NCBI GenBank assembly: GCA_045586565.1
Contig: JAZNAO010000006.1
Coordinates: 1,457-65,456, forward strand
Direction: 5' to 3'
Origin: Candidatus Enterousia sp.
GTDB taxonomy: Bacteria; Pseudomonadota; Alphaproteobacteria; Rs-D84
DNA: 64,000 nucleotides
Both the position numbers and the translations under genes were made by a program. Positions 46,320 to 55,428 of the stretch are shown here, piece after piece (positions within the stretch are counted from its first letter, which is position 1; every line of letters begins with the position of its first letter). The notes beneath the pieces are model-generated. The model saw only the letters and a program-made list of their open reading frames with translations, did no database searches and was not told the DNA's origin.

Positions 46320-47363
46320 ATGAAAATATGGATTGCAACGGGTGGTACAGGCGGACATGTATTTCCGGCCCTTAGTGTCGCTGAGTGCTTGGTTGCGCGT
46401 GGGCATCGTGTGACAATTTCGTGTGATGGTCGTGTGCATGAAATGGTGCGTCATGATATGCCACGTGGGGCGCATATATCGCATGTATGGGCGTCAGGTG
46501 TTGGTGCAAAAAGTCGTTTAAAACAAATGTGGGCATTGTTTAAAATTGGCGTTTCTGCAGTTACTTTAACCTTGCGTTTTATGGTGTTCCGTCCAGATCG
46601 TGTTGTGGCATTTGGCGGATATGCATCTGTTGCGCCAGTGTTTGCAGCGCATGTTTGGCGTGTTCCAACATTTCTGCATGAACAGAACGCGGCAATTGGT
46701 CGTGCGAATAAGTTTACAATGCGTTGGGTAAAAACATTGATGACCAGTTTTCCGTCTGTATCTGGCATTCCGCAAAATGGTGTTCGTGTTGTTTATACAG
46801 GATTACCGGTGCGTCATGATTTTTTAAGTGCGACCGGTGCGCCGCTGCCAAACGCATCACGTCTGTTGGTGACGGGTGGTTCTTTGGGGGCGCAAATACT
46901 GGACGATATTGTTCCGGGTGCTGTCGCTGCAATGAAAAATAAAAAGATTTTTGTGACGCATCAAACGCGTCCAGAAAATGTTGCGCGATTGCAAAAATTC
47001 TATGCGGACAATAAAATCCGTGCAAATGTATTGTCGTTTATTCATGATATGGCGGGCGCGATTGTTGGTGCTGATTTGGTAATTGGGCGCAGTGGCGCCA
47101 GCACAGTTGTTGAATTGCAAACAATTGGTCGTCCGGCAATATTGGTTCCGTTGGGAATCAATCCTGACCAGGCGGCAAACGCGGCATCTTTTGCAAAGTC
47201 TGGGGGTGGTTTTGCGATAGAGCAATCTAAATTTACATTGCGTTGGTTGACATCAACGTTGTGTGATTTGTTTGATAATCCATCGCGTTTGAACAAGATG
47301 GCGCAAAAAGCATTGGTGCCAAATAATGCGGTTGATTTAATTTGTGACGAAGTAACAAAATAA
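46320..47363 (+). CDS. murG: UDP-N-acetylglucosamine--LPS/lipid I N-acetylglucosamine transferase MurG
   Basis: MKIWIATGGTGGHVFPALSVA N-terminus. ATG 46320 lies just after the ftsW stop. Confidence 0.9.
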   Translation: MKIWIATGGTGGHVFPALSVAECLVARGHRVTISCDGRVHEMVRHDMPRGAHISHVWASGVGAKSRLKQMWALFKIGVSAVTLTLRFMVFRPDRVVAFGGYASVAPVFAAHVWRVPTFLHEQNAAIGRANKFTMRWVKTLMTSFPSVSGIPQNGVRVVYTGLPVRHDFLSATGAPLPNASRLLVTGGSLGAQILDDIVPGAVAAMKNKKIFVTHQTRPENVARLQKFYADNKIRANVLSFIHDMAGAIVGADLVIGRSGASTVVELQTIGRPAILVPLGINPDQAANAASFAKSGGGFAIEQSKFTLRWLTSTLCDLFDNPSRLNKMAQKALVPNNAVDLICDEVTK

Positions 47364-47395
47364 AAAAAAATTCCGGTGTTGCCGGAATTTTTTAT
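47362..47395 (+). terminator. Intrinsic terminator after murG
   Basis: AATTCCGG-TGTTG-CCGGAATT hairpin followed by a T-run. Confidence 0.75.
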
Positions 47396-47452
47396 TTTCT
47401 GCTTGCGTGCGATTCGTCATTTGTTCTATGATGCAAATGGAAGGAAAGGAAA

Positions 47453-48733
47453 ATGCGTCATATTACAATCAGTATATTGTCTGCACTGGTTACTGTGCCT
47501 GCGTTTGCAGCGGCGGGGTTGCCAGTGGTAAACATTGCGTCTGGCGGTGTTTCTGCGCGCAGTGCGTTTGGCGAATCGGTTCCTGTGGAACGCGGTGTTT
47601 CTGTTGCGCCTGTGGTGCAAAATATTGCAACGCGTCCTGTTGTTGCGCGTGTTTCGACAATAAAACCTGTGGCGCCATCTGTTGATACTGGTGATACAAT
47701 TATTTCGTCAAACGATGTCTTGATGCCTCGTCGCCCCAGTGCTGATTTGTGGGCCAAGAATGATGTGGCGTTACGTATGCCAACACCTGATGAATTTTCC
47801 GTTATTCGGACTGATACAGTTTTACCAGAGGAGAGACTGGACCAACAATCATCACAACAATTTGCAATCAGTTCGCCGTCACCTGATGTTGTATCACGTG
47901 AATCGGTCGCGATGTCTGAAATTGATAATCAGATTGTGCGCTTGGCGCAATTGCAGCAACGTGCCGATGACAGTGTCCGTAATGTTTCGCCGCGTGTAAT
48001 TGCGGCACCGATTGCGGAAATGAAAACCGTCGCACCAACCGCAATCGCATCAAATGAATCTGCAAATGTATCGTCACCTGTATCGTTACGTCGTATGGTT
48101 GTTCCGATGGAAACGCCAGATGTTGTGGTGCGCAGTGTTGAAAAAAATATTTCGCCACGTATTGCATCTGTCCGTGACGATATGACAAAAATGACCCCGG
48201 CCCAGTTGCGCCAGGCGTTCAGAAAAACTTTTTTGTCAGAAAACAAGCATTTGTCCACATATTCTGTTGACGATCGATTTGATGTGGCCAGTGATATGTC
48301 GTCGTCTATCGAAGGCTTTACTGCGCGTCGTAATTTGTCTGAAACCGGTGGCATTCGCGCATTAGAAATCAAAATAAATTTCCGCAACGATGATTCTTCA
48401 TTGTCGCGTGATAATTATAATCTGTTATCAGAATACGCGGGTATTGTCATAAATGATCCAAAGCGTGCGATTCAGATTGCAATACCACAAGGTATGACTG
48501 TGGGAACGGATACGCGTAAATTGGCAGCGCGTCGTTTGGCAATTGTTGAACAAGTCTTGACAGATAACGGTGTATCAAAACAGCGTATTGTTCCTGTATT
48601 GTCATCGCGTAATGAACAGGGTTTTGTTCTGCGTATTATATCCAGTGATGAATACGAAACATTGACCCAGCAAAAACACGATATTTTCGGTGACACGGTT
48701 GGGAAAAAGACTTATAAAAGTATGTCGTGGTAG
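47453..48733 (+). CDS. Secreted protein with weak C-terminal OmpA-like domain (426 aa)
   Basis: Signal peptide ...VPAFA|AAG. The C-terminal ...RKLAARRLAIVEQVLTDNGVSKQRI resembles the OmpA/MotB peptidoglycan-binding core but lacks GHTD. Confidence 0.45.
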   Translation: MRHITISILSALVTVPAFAAAGLPVVNIASGGVSARSAFGESVPVERGVSVAPVVQNIATRPVVARVSTIKPVAPSVDTGDTIISSNDVLMPRRPSADLWAKNDVALRMPTPDEFSVIRTDTVLPEERLDQQSSQQFAISSPSPDVVSRESVAMSEIDNQIVRLAQLQQRADDSVRNVSPRVIAAPIAEMKTVAPTAIASNESANVSSPVSLRRMVVPMETPDVVVRSVEKNISPRIASVRDDMTKMTPAQLRQAFRKTFLSENKHLSTYSVDDRFDVASDMSSSIEGFTARRNLSETGGIRALEIKINFRNDDSSLSRDNYNLLSEYAGIVINDPKRAIQIAIPQGMTVGTDTRKLAARRLAIVEQVLTDNGVSKQRIVPVLSSRNEQGFVLRIISSDEYETLTQQKHDIFGDTVGKKTYKSMSW

Positions 48734-49449
48734 AATTAGTTCGTGTATTTATTGAATTTTTGTTTCCGCCGGCGTGTCCACTGTGTGATACGCCGGTATC
48801 AATTCATGGTGAATTATGCGGCGATTGTTGGTCTGCGATGAGTTGGATATCTGGTGCGCATTGTGCGTGTTGTGGTTATCCATTTCCATTGGAATTAGAT
48901 TTGCCGGATGGTGCCATGTGTCCGGTATGCGCATCTGGGAAAAATGAGTTGGATTGGATTCGTTCTGCGTGCGTATATGATGACGTTTCACGTTCGGCAA
49001 TGTTGCCGTTTAAACATGGTGGTCGTGTCGGTTATGCGCGATTTATGTCGCGTGCAATGATTTGGGCATTGCGCGATGTAAATGTTGATGCAGATATTGT
49101 TATGCCGGTGCCATTGGCGCGTGGTCGATTGTTTAAACGCGGTTATAACCAGGCAACATTATTGGCGCGCCCAATTGCGCGTGCGTTGGGTGTAAAAATG
49201 GATGTTGATTCTGTGCGTCGTAAATATCGCCCAGATATGGGGCATAAAAACGCACGTCAACGTGCAGAAAATATCCATGGTGTGTTTACTGTGGTAAATC
49301 CAGATGTGATACGTGGTCGGAAAATTTTGTTGGTTGATGATGTTATGACAACAGGTGCAACATTTGCAGAATTGCGTCGCGTTTTAATGCGTGCAGGTGC
49401 GACAGCGGTATACGGCGTGACATTTTGTCGCGTTGCACACGCGGTTTAG
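48727..49449 (+). CDS. comF: ComF-family (phosphoribosyltransferase-like) competence protein
   Basis: N-terminal double CxxC zinc finger (CPLCD...CGDCW...CACCG...CPVC) and PRTase motif ILLVDDVMTTGAT. Confidence 0.78.
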   Translation: MVELVRVFIEFLFPPACPLCDTPVSIHGELCGDCWSAMSWISGAHCACCGYPFPLELDLPDGAMCPVCASGKNELDWIRSACVYDDVSRSAMLPFKHGGRVGYARFMSRAMIWALRDVNVDADIVMPVPLARGRLFKRGYNQATLLARPIARALGVKMDVDSVRRKYRPDMGHKNARQRAENIHGVFTVVNPDVIRGRKILLVDDVMTTGATFAELRRVLMRAGATAVYGVTFCRVAHAV

Positions 49450-49850
49450 TTATATGTGTATTCTGATGTAAGTCTTACGATTCTGTTTTTTAACAATTGC
49501 ATTTCTTGTTGTATAACGCGTTTGGAACACGCATCAAAGATATTGATAATTTCCTGTTCGCGTGGCGTAAATATTCTGCGGTTTGCAGATACCGTCATAT
49601 GTGCAATATCTTCTTCATATGCGGTGTCTTCTTCATATATCATAATCGTATATAATACATCGGTGGATCCGTTTGGGGTTTCAAAGAAATCGCGCGCCAT
49701 TTCTATATATTTGTCGCCCACGATGCATATTTTGTATATAATTGCACCTTGTTCATGCAGTGTACTGATAACACTGCTGTCGATCAGCGAATGAATCATC
49801 GGTATTGCATCTTCGGATAATGGTAAAAAATCTTTGTCTATTGTCGCCAT
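49446..49850 (-). CDS. Hypothetical protein (134 aa from ATG 49850)
   Basis: ORF convergent with comF. ATG 49850 is preferred over TTG 49889. No motif recognised. Confidence 0.35.
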   Translation of the reverse strand: MATIDKDFLPLSEDAIPMIHSLIDSSVISTLHEQGAIIYKICIVGDKYIEMARDFFETPNGSTDVLYTIMIYEEDTAYEEDIAHMTVSANRRIFTPREQEIINIFDACSKRVIQQEMQLLKNRIVRLTSEYTYN

Positions 49851-50001
49851 GTTGGTTTTAATGATAGATACAAAAAAAACAGTTGTCAAGTTTTTGTTTT
49901 GTGACCAATATACATCGTGTTTTTGTCTGATTTTCTTGAATTCTGAATTTAATCTGATACGATAAATGTCAGGTTATTTTTTACAAAACAGGACAACAGA
50001 T

Positions 50002-52404
50002 ATGAATATAGAATTGGGTAAAAATATTGCACCGCGTGAAATAGAAACCAGAATCCAAGAATTTTGGGATAAAAATGATTTCTGGGCAAATGATGTCCAT
50101 TCGGATAAGACACCATTTTGCATTATGATGCCACCGCCAAATGTTACGGGTAATTTGCATATGGGGCATGCGTTGGATAATGTTTTAACAGATATTATGT
50201 GCCGTTACAAACGTATGTCTGGCTTTGACGTTTTATGGCAGCCTGGAACCGACCACGCATCAATTGCCACCCAATTGTTGGTTGAACGCGACTTGTCAAA
50301 GCGTGGTATAAATCCGCATGCATTATCATTACAGGAAAAACTGGATTATGCCTGGGCGTGGAAGGCGGACAAAGGTGGCCAGATTTTAAATCAGTTACAC
50401 ATTTTGGGTGTAACACCGGTATGGAAACGCGAAAGATTTACGATGGACGATGGCTTGTCCAATGCGGTGACAAAACTGTTTGTAAAAATGTATAACGAAG
50501 GTTTGATTTATCGTGAAAAGCGTCTTGTAAACTGGTGCCCAAAACAGCAAACATCTGTTTCTGACCTGGAAGTTGAAACCCGTGATGAGCACGGCAAGTT
50601 TTATTACTTTAATTACCAATTGGTTGATGGCGGTGTGGTTGAAATTGCGACAACCCGTCCGGAAACACTGTTTGGCGACCAGGCGATTGCGGTTCATCCA
50701 GAAAACGAGAAGTTAAATCATCTTATTGGGCGCAAGGCGATTATTCCATTGACTGATATTGAAATTCCAATTATCGGTGATGAACACGCGGACCCAGACA
50801 AGGGGACAGGTGCGGTTAAAATTACACCGGCGCATGACTTTGACGACTGGGAAGTTGGCGTTCGTCATAATTTGACACCGGTTTGTATTTTGACCCCAGA
50901 TGCGAAATTAAATGACAACCCGGTGGTTCCAGAAAAATACCGTGGCATGGACCGATATGCAGCACGTGCCGCAATTGTGGCTGATATTGATGCGGCGGGC
51001 CTGTTGGTAAAAATCGAAGACAAGGTTATCCCAACACCGTATTCTGAACGTGCCCAGGTTCCTGTAGAGCCATATTTAACAGACCAGTGGTTTGTTGATG
51101 CGGAAAAGTTGGCAATACCTGCGATAAAGGCAGTCGAAGATGGTAAAATCAAATTCTTGCCAGAACACAGATATAACCTGTTTATGGCGTGGATGAAAAA
51201 CATTCGTCCATGGACTATTTCGCGTCAGTTATGGTGGGGACATCATATCCCGGCGTGGTATGATGCGGATGGTAATGTTTATGTTGCCGAAACCGAAGAA
51301 GCGGCGATTGCGCAATCTGGTGGCAAAACATTGACCCGTGACCCAGATGTATTGGATACGTGGTTTTCGTCTGGTCTGTGGCCATTTTCAACATTGGGTT
51401 GGCCTGAACAGACATTGGAATTAGCAAAATATTATCCCACAGACTTACTATACACCGGCGCAGATATTATCTTTTTCTGGGTTGCGCGTATGATAATGAT
51501 GGGATTGTATGTGATGGGCGACGTTCCGTTCCGGACGGTAAATTTCCACGGTCTGGTTCGTGATTCAAAGGGGCAAAAGATGTCCAAGACCAAGGGAAAT
51601 GGCACAGACCCATTGACTGCGGTTGATAAATTTAGTTCGGACGCCTTGCGTTACTGGATTGCGACCGCGCCAATTGGTACCGATATTCGTTATTCTGATG
51701 ACGAAGTTAAACGTGGTTCAAAACTGCTGACTAAATTATGGAATGCGTCGAAATATGTGTTGATGAATTTATCAGATTTTGAACCAGAAACTGCGAAACA
51801 AATTCCTGTATCAGAACGCTTTATCGAAGACAGATGGGTATTATCTGAATTGAACAAAGCGATTGCAGAAACCAGAAAGCATTTGGATAAATACGATAAC
51901 TATAATTCACGTGCTGCAATTGATACGTTCTTTTGGGATATATTCTGCGACCAGTATCTGGAATTTATCAAAGACCGTTTTTGGGCGCCTGAAAAATACA
52001 GTGCGGAATCTAAATTATCTGCCCAGTGGACATTATATACGGTATTGCGTGCGATAATTGGTCTGTATGCGCCGTTTATCCCATTCCTGACCGAAGAATT
52101 ATGGCAGAAAATTTATAAACCATTCGAAGGTGGCGAAACATTGCATCTGACGTTATATCCGTCTGTTCAATCAGAATATGATACAGATGTTTCAACGATG
52201 GATGTTGCGCTGGAAATTTTGAAAAATATCCGTGGCCTGCGCACAGAACGTAAGGTTGGCAACGGTGCAAAACTGGAAACGTTGACGATTCCATCGGATA
52301 CGCCGGATGTTTTGCATGGCTTGATAAAATCTGCGGCACGTGCAAATGAAATCCTTTTGGGTGACGCATTGGATTTTGTTGTCGCCCAGAATGTTCAAGG
52401 ATAA
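50002..52404 (+). CDS. valS: Valyl-tRNA synthetase (short form without C-terminal coiled coil)
   Basis: HIGH motif (PPPNVTGNLHMGHA) and KMSKS motif (KMSKTKGN). The ORF is open from 49966; ATG 50002 fits the usual N-terminus. Confidence 0.9.
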   Translation: MNIELGKNIAPREIETRIQEFWDKNDFWANDVHSDKTPFCIMMPPPNVTGNLHMGHALDNVLTDIMCRYKRMSGFDVLWQPGTDHASIATQLLVERDLSKRGINPHALSLQEKLDYAWAWKADKGGQILNQLHILGVTPVWKRERFTMDDGLSNAVTKLFVKMYNEGLIYREKRLVNWCPKQQTSVSDLEVETRDEHGKFYYFNYQLVDGGVVEIATTRPETLFGDQAIAVHPENEKLNHLIGRKAIIPLTDIEIPIIGDEHADPDKGTGAVKITPAHDFDDWEVGVRHNLTPVCILTPDAKLNDNPVVPEKYRGMDRYAARAAIVADIDAAGLLVKIEDKVIPTPYSERAQVPVEPYLTDQWFVDAEKLAIPAIKAVEDGKIKFLPEHRYNLFMAWMKNIRPWTISRQLWWGHHIPAWYDADGNVYVAETEEAAIAQSGGKTLTRDPDVLDTWFSSGLWPFSTLGWPEQTLELAKYYPTDLLYTGADIIFFWVARMIMMGLYVMGDVPFRTVNFHGLVRDSKGQKMSKTKGNGTDPLTAVDKFSSDALRYWIATAPIGTDIRYSDDEVKRGSKLLTKLWNASKYVLMNLSDFEPETAKQIPVSERFIEDRWVLSELNKAIAETRKHLDKYDNYNSRAAIDTFFWDIFCDQYLEFIKDRFWAPEKYSAESKLSAQWTLYTVLRAIIGLYAPFIPFLTEELWQKIYKPFEGGETLHLTLYPSVQSEYDTDVSTMDVALEILKNIRGLRTERKVGNGAKLETLTIPSDTPDVLHGLIKSAARANEILLGDALDFVVAQNVQG

Positions 52405-52408
52405 AATC

Positions 52409-53137
52409 ATGGCTGATAAACTGATTGAAAAACGTGTCCTGCAGGCATATCAGTGTGACCGATTTGGTAACGTTCGTCCACTGATTTTGATGAATGAATT
52501 GCAATCTATTGCCGACCGTCATGCAGAAATTTTGGGGTGTGGTCGCACATATTGCCTGGCCAATAATGTTGGTTGGGTTGTGATGTATTACCTGGTCGAT
52601 ATTGTTGAATTACCACGCGAAGGCGAAGAACTGACATTTGCCACGTGGCCATCGTGCCAAGATGCCCTGCGTGCGACACGTGACTTTGAAATTCATGGGT
52701 CTGACGGTCGTTTAATGGTTCGTGCCACGTCCCAGTGGATATTGATTGATATGTCGCGTCGTCGGCCTGTGCCATTGGCAAACCATCTGTCGCCAGACGT
52801 TGTTGTGCCACACCGTGCATATGGTTGTGCATTTGAAAAGTTTCCGGACTTTGAAACGACCAAGACACATGTTATGAAATGTCGCTTTGATGACATTGAT
52901 GTGAATCAGCATATAAATAATGCGGTTTATGCGGTCTGGGCGACCGAAAGTGTCGGATATAAATATCGCACAGAACACAAATTGAAAAAGATAGATATTT
53001 GTTTTAAAAAGGAAGTGAGTCTGGACATCCCAGAAATTTGCATTGATGTTGCGATTGATGGTCTGGTGTCACGTCACAAGATTCGCAGTGGCGACACCGA
53101 ACACGCGGTTGTCATTTGTCATTGGGAACAAATATAA
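52409..53137 (+). CDS. Acyl-ACP thioesterase-like protein (double hotdog)
   Basis: The sequence resembles FatA/FatB-type acyl-ACP thioesterases (..R.YQCD..G...P..LMN.LQ..A..H; DID.N.H.NN..Y). ATG 52409 lies 2 nt after the valS stop. Confidence 0.6.
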   Translation: MADKLIEKRVLQAYQCDRFGNVRPLILMNELQSIADRHAEILGCGRTYCLANNVGWVVMYYLVDIVELPREGEELTFATWPSCQDALRATRDFEIHGSDGRLMVRATSQWILIDMSRRRPVPLANHLSPDVVVPHRAYGCAFEKFPDFETTKTHVMKCRFDDIDVNQHINNAVYAVWATESVGYKYRTEHKLKKIDICFKKEVSLDIPEICIDVAIDGLVSRHKIRSGDTEHAVVICHWEQI

Positions 53138-53162
53138 AATCCCCGCCACCCGGCGGTTTTTT
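53137..53162 (+). terminator. Intrinsic terminator after thioesterase gene
   Basis: CCGCC-ACCC-GGCGG hairpin followed by T6. Confidence 0.7.
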
Positions 53163-53190
53163 CAGCGACAAATAATAATGATACTATGGA

Positions 53191-53283
53191 CTGGATTGCC
53201 ACGTTCGTTTCACTCCCTCGCGATGACAAGAATCACAGATTCTTGTAAAAATAGTTGTATAACTAAACTTTTATTTATCGCGG
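53191..53283 (+). repeat. Dispersed palindromic repeat arm (copy F1, solo)
   Basis: CTGGATTGCCACGTTCGTTTCACTCCCTCGCGATGACAAGAATCACAGATTCTTGTAAAA...AAACTTTTATTTATCGCGG. Near-identical in reverse complement at 22569-22652. Confidence 0.8.
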
Positions 53284-53298
53284 TATTCTATTTACCTG

Positions 53299-53327
53299 TT
53301 GACCTAAAATTTTAATATTGATAAAAT
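53299..53327 (+). promoter_or_regulatory. Sigma70-type promoter of Cys-rich gene B
   Basis: TTGACC, a 17-nt spacer, then TAAAAT. Confidence 0.6.
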
Positions 53328-53567
53328 CCTTTTGTCGGTGAGATTTTTCACCGATGGGGTGTAACGACCCGTGCGATAGCGTCTGTGCGATATTTGCGCC
53401 CAGATGAAATTACTCCTGATCTATTCGTGGTCAGGAGGGCTTGTGAATAATGCGTCCGCGCAAAATCAACAGCACAATTCTATCGATTGTCGTTAACCTC
53501 CTGACCACCTGACTTATAAAACGGTGGTTTTTATTTGATAAAACGCAAAGGAAAGGGAGAGTTTTAT
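53328..53567 (+). promoter_or_regulatory. Conserved structured leader, copy B (lacks the internal terminator-like hairpin)
   Basis: H1 and H2 are conserved. Segments: S1 53413-53421, S2 53427-53439, S3 53497-53509, S4 plus T5 53523-53532. Confidence 0.55.
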
Positions 53568-55040
53568 ATGAAAAAGTTTTTTGGTTACACTGTATCAATA
53601 ATGGCAATTTTTGTGGCAAATAATGCATCCGCGGCAGACGGATATACATGTGAAACCAGTCGTGTGTTTACATCGTGTGGTGCAGGTTGGTATTTACAGG
53701 AATCTGTTGCGGGCTCTGGCGAAGGTACGTGTTATGAATGTCCAACCAACTTTAAGAGTGGGGCTGCTGGGATTGTTGGCAAAGATAACTGTGTGGGAAA
53801 TATTGCCGCGGGATATTATTATGACAAGGAAAATGAGACGCGAAAAACATGTCCACAAGGTGCGTCGTATTTTTGCCCAGGGGTATCGAATATTACATAT
53901 GGTAATGCCAGTCGTTCGACAACAACAACCCCGTGTTATGACCCGTCTAATCCAAATGCGATGACGGCAGGATTAAAGAATGTAATTGGTTATAGTAATA
54001 TAACGCGCCTAGAATTGGGTTCATATGGTATTCCAGAAGGTGTTCAGGTAATTACATGGAAACCTGTTGTGGTAAATAGTGGCGGGGCCAGTTCGTATGA
54101 ACATTGTGCCTTTGATTGGACTCAATCAACAAATAATTATAAAATACAGATAATCCCACAAAACAGCCTTACAGGGTCTGGGGTGGCCACTTTAAACATA
54201 ACATCATGCAGCAGTGGACAATTATCGTCGGTTCGAAATGTTAAATTTAATGAGATTGATATTACAACTGGTGGCAGTCCCTTGTTCTCAACAGGATGTG
54301 CCGGCTGTGGCGAAGGTAAGTATTTAAAGTCTGGTGCAACGGAGTGCAGTGCTTGTAACATTCATGATGCGTTGGGCTTGGATACCAGTGTGACAGCAAT
54401 ATGGCAATCTGGTCTGGCTGAAAGCACTGTGGGCTCTTGGGTTTGTCCGTATCGCTTTGAAACGCTTCCTGTTGAAAATGGTGTTGCCACGGGTATATCG
54501 TGCTCGATGACCGATGTCGCCAATGGTACATACAGTTGTCGCTTGTCCCTGGATATAGGACAACTAGGGTGCGATGCGGGTTATATATTGCAAAATGCGG
54601 ACATGACATCCGAAACATTGATTAACTGTGGTGGCCAGGATAATTCGTATGGACAGTCTGTAAATGCTGATACTGATCTTGCAATTGGGCTAGAAATTTT
54701 GACACCGTCAAACTTAAAATGCGTGCCGACACGTATGGGGTGCTATCAGCCAAACGGTCAGGATGAATTTGCAGAAATTACAAACGCTGCGGACTTGATT
54801 ACAGCATTGACTGGCAAGCCTTGTGGCGATGGTAATTATTGTGACAAATCTGCATCTGCGGAACAGACTGCGTGTCCTGCGGTTAAATTGTTCATGCGCG
54901 AAGATGGCAGTGCGGTCAACATGATGTCGGCCGATTATGCAGACGATGCGGCAGACTGTTATGTTCCAGCCAACCCAGATATCTTGTACAAGGACGGAAA
55001 TGGAAACCTGTTCTATCTGGAAAGCAAGTGTGGCTACTAA
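53568..55040 (+). CDS. Secreted Cys-rich protein, family member B (490 aa)
   Basis: RBS AAAGGGAGAG and signal peptide ...NNASA|ADGYTCE. Repeated C-x2-C-P / G-x-Y patterns, and a C-terminal module shared with A and C. Confidence 0.75.
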   Translation: MKKFFGYTVSIMAIFVANNASAADGYTCETSRVFTSCGAGWYLQESVAGSGEGTCYECPTNFKSGAAGIVGKDNCVGNIAAGYYYDKENETRKTCPQGASYFCPGVSNITYGNASRSTTTTPCYDPSNPNAMTAGLKNVIGYSNITRLELGSYGIPEGVQVITWKPVVVNSGGASSYEHCAFDWTQSTNNYKIQIIPQNSLTGSGVATLNITSCSSGQLSSVRNVKFNEIDITTGGSPLFSTGCAGCGEGKYLKSGATECSACNIHDALGLDTSVTAIWQSGLAESTVGSWVCPYRFETLPVENGVATGISCSMTDVANGTYSCRLSLDIGQLGCDAGYILQNADMTSETLINCGGQDNSYGQSVNADTDLAIGLEILTPSNLKCVPTRMGCYQPNGQDEFAEITNAADLITALTGKPCGDGNYCDKSASAEQTACPAVKLFMREDGSAVNMMSADYADDAADCYVPANPDILYKDGNGNLFYLESKCGY

Positions 55041-55067
55041 AAAATCCCCCTTTTGGGGGATTTTTTT
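55040..55067 (+). terminator. Intrinsic terminator after Cys-rich gene B
   Basis: ATCCCCC-TTTT-GGGGGAT hairpin followed by T7. Confidence 0.8.
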
Positions 55068-55127
55068 GAGATACGAGATATGAGACATGTGACAGGAATA
55101 TTTATCAATGTGTCCTTATTTTATTTA

Positions 55128-55156
55128 TTGACGTAAATTCTTAAAACTGATAAAAT
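55128..55156 (+). promoter_or_regulatory. Sigma70-type promoter of Cys-rich gene C
   Basis: TTGACG, a 17-nt spacer, then TAAAAT. Confidence 0.6.
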
Positions 55157-55428
55157 TCTTTTGTCGATGGGATTTTTCATCGATGGGGTGTCAAGACCCG
55201 TTTCATTGGCGTTCATGCACGATTGCATAACACGCCATGTGGCGTATTTTTTATGCGATATGTGTATGGGTGATAAATTACTCCTGACCCGTGGTCAGGA
55301 GGGCTGTGAATATATTGAATAAGCACACAATTCCAATGATTGTCTTGAACCTCCTGGCCACCTTTTGTGAAAAACGGTGGTTTTTTGTTTATTTTGGCAA
55401 ACAAAACAAAGGAAAAGGAGAGTTTGTT
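55157..55428 (+). promoter_or_regulatory. Conserved structured leader, copy C
   Basis: H1 carries a compensatory change (TCGATG/CATCGA). Hairpin plus T-run at 55232-55252. Segments: S1 55281-55289, S2 55291-55303, S3 55350-55362, S4 plus T6 55376-55386. Confidence 0.6.

Noticed and set aside
55291-55428. The ORF track extends Cys-rich gene C upstream to a GTG at 55291, in frame through the leader.
   Set aside because: The extension runs through the conserved hairpin segments and the T-run. The homologous frames in copies A and B are closed. A strong RBS and a signal peptide begin at ATG 55429.
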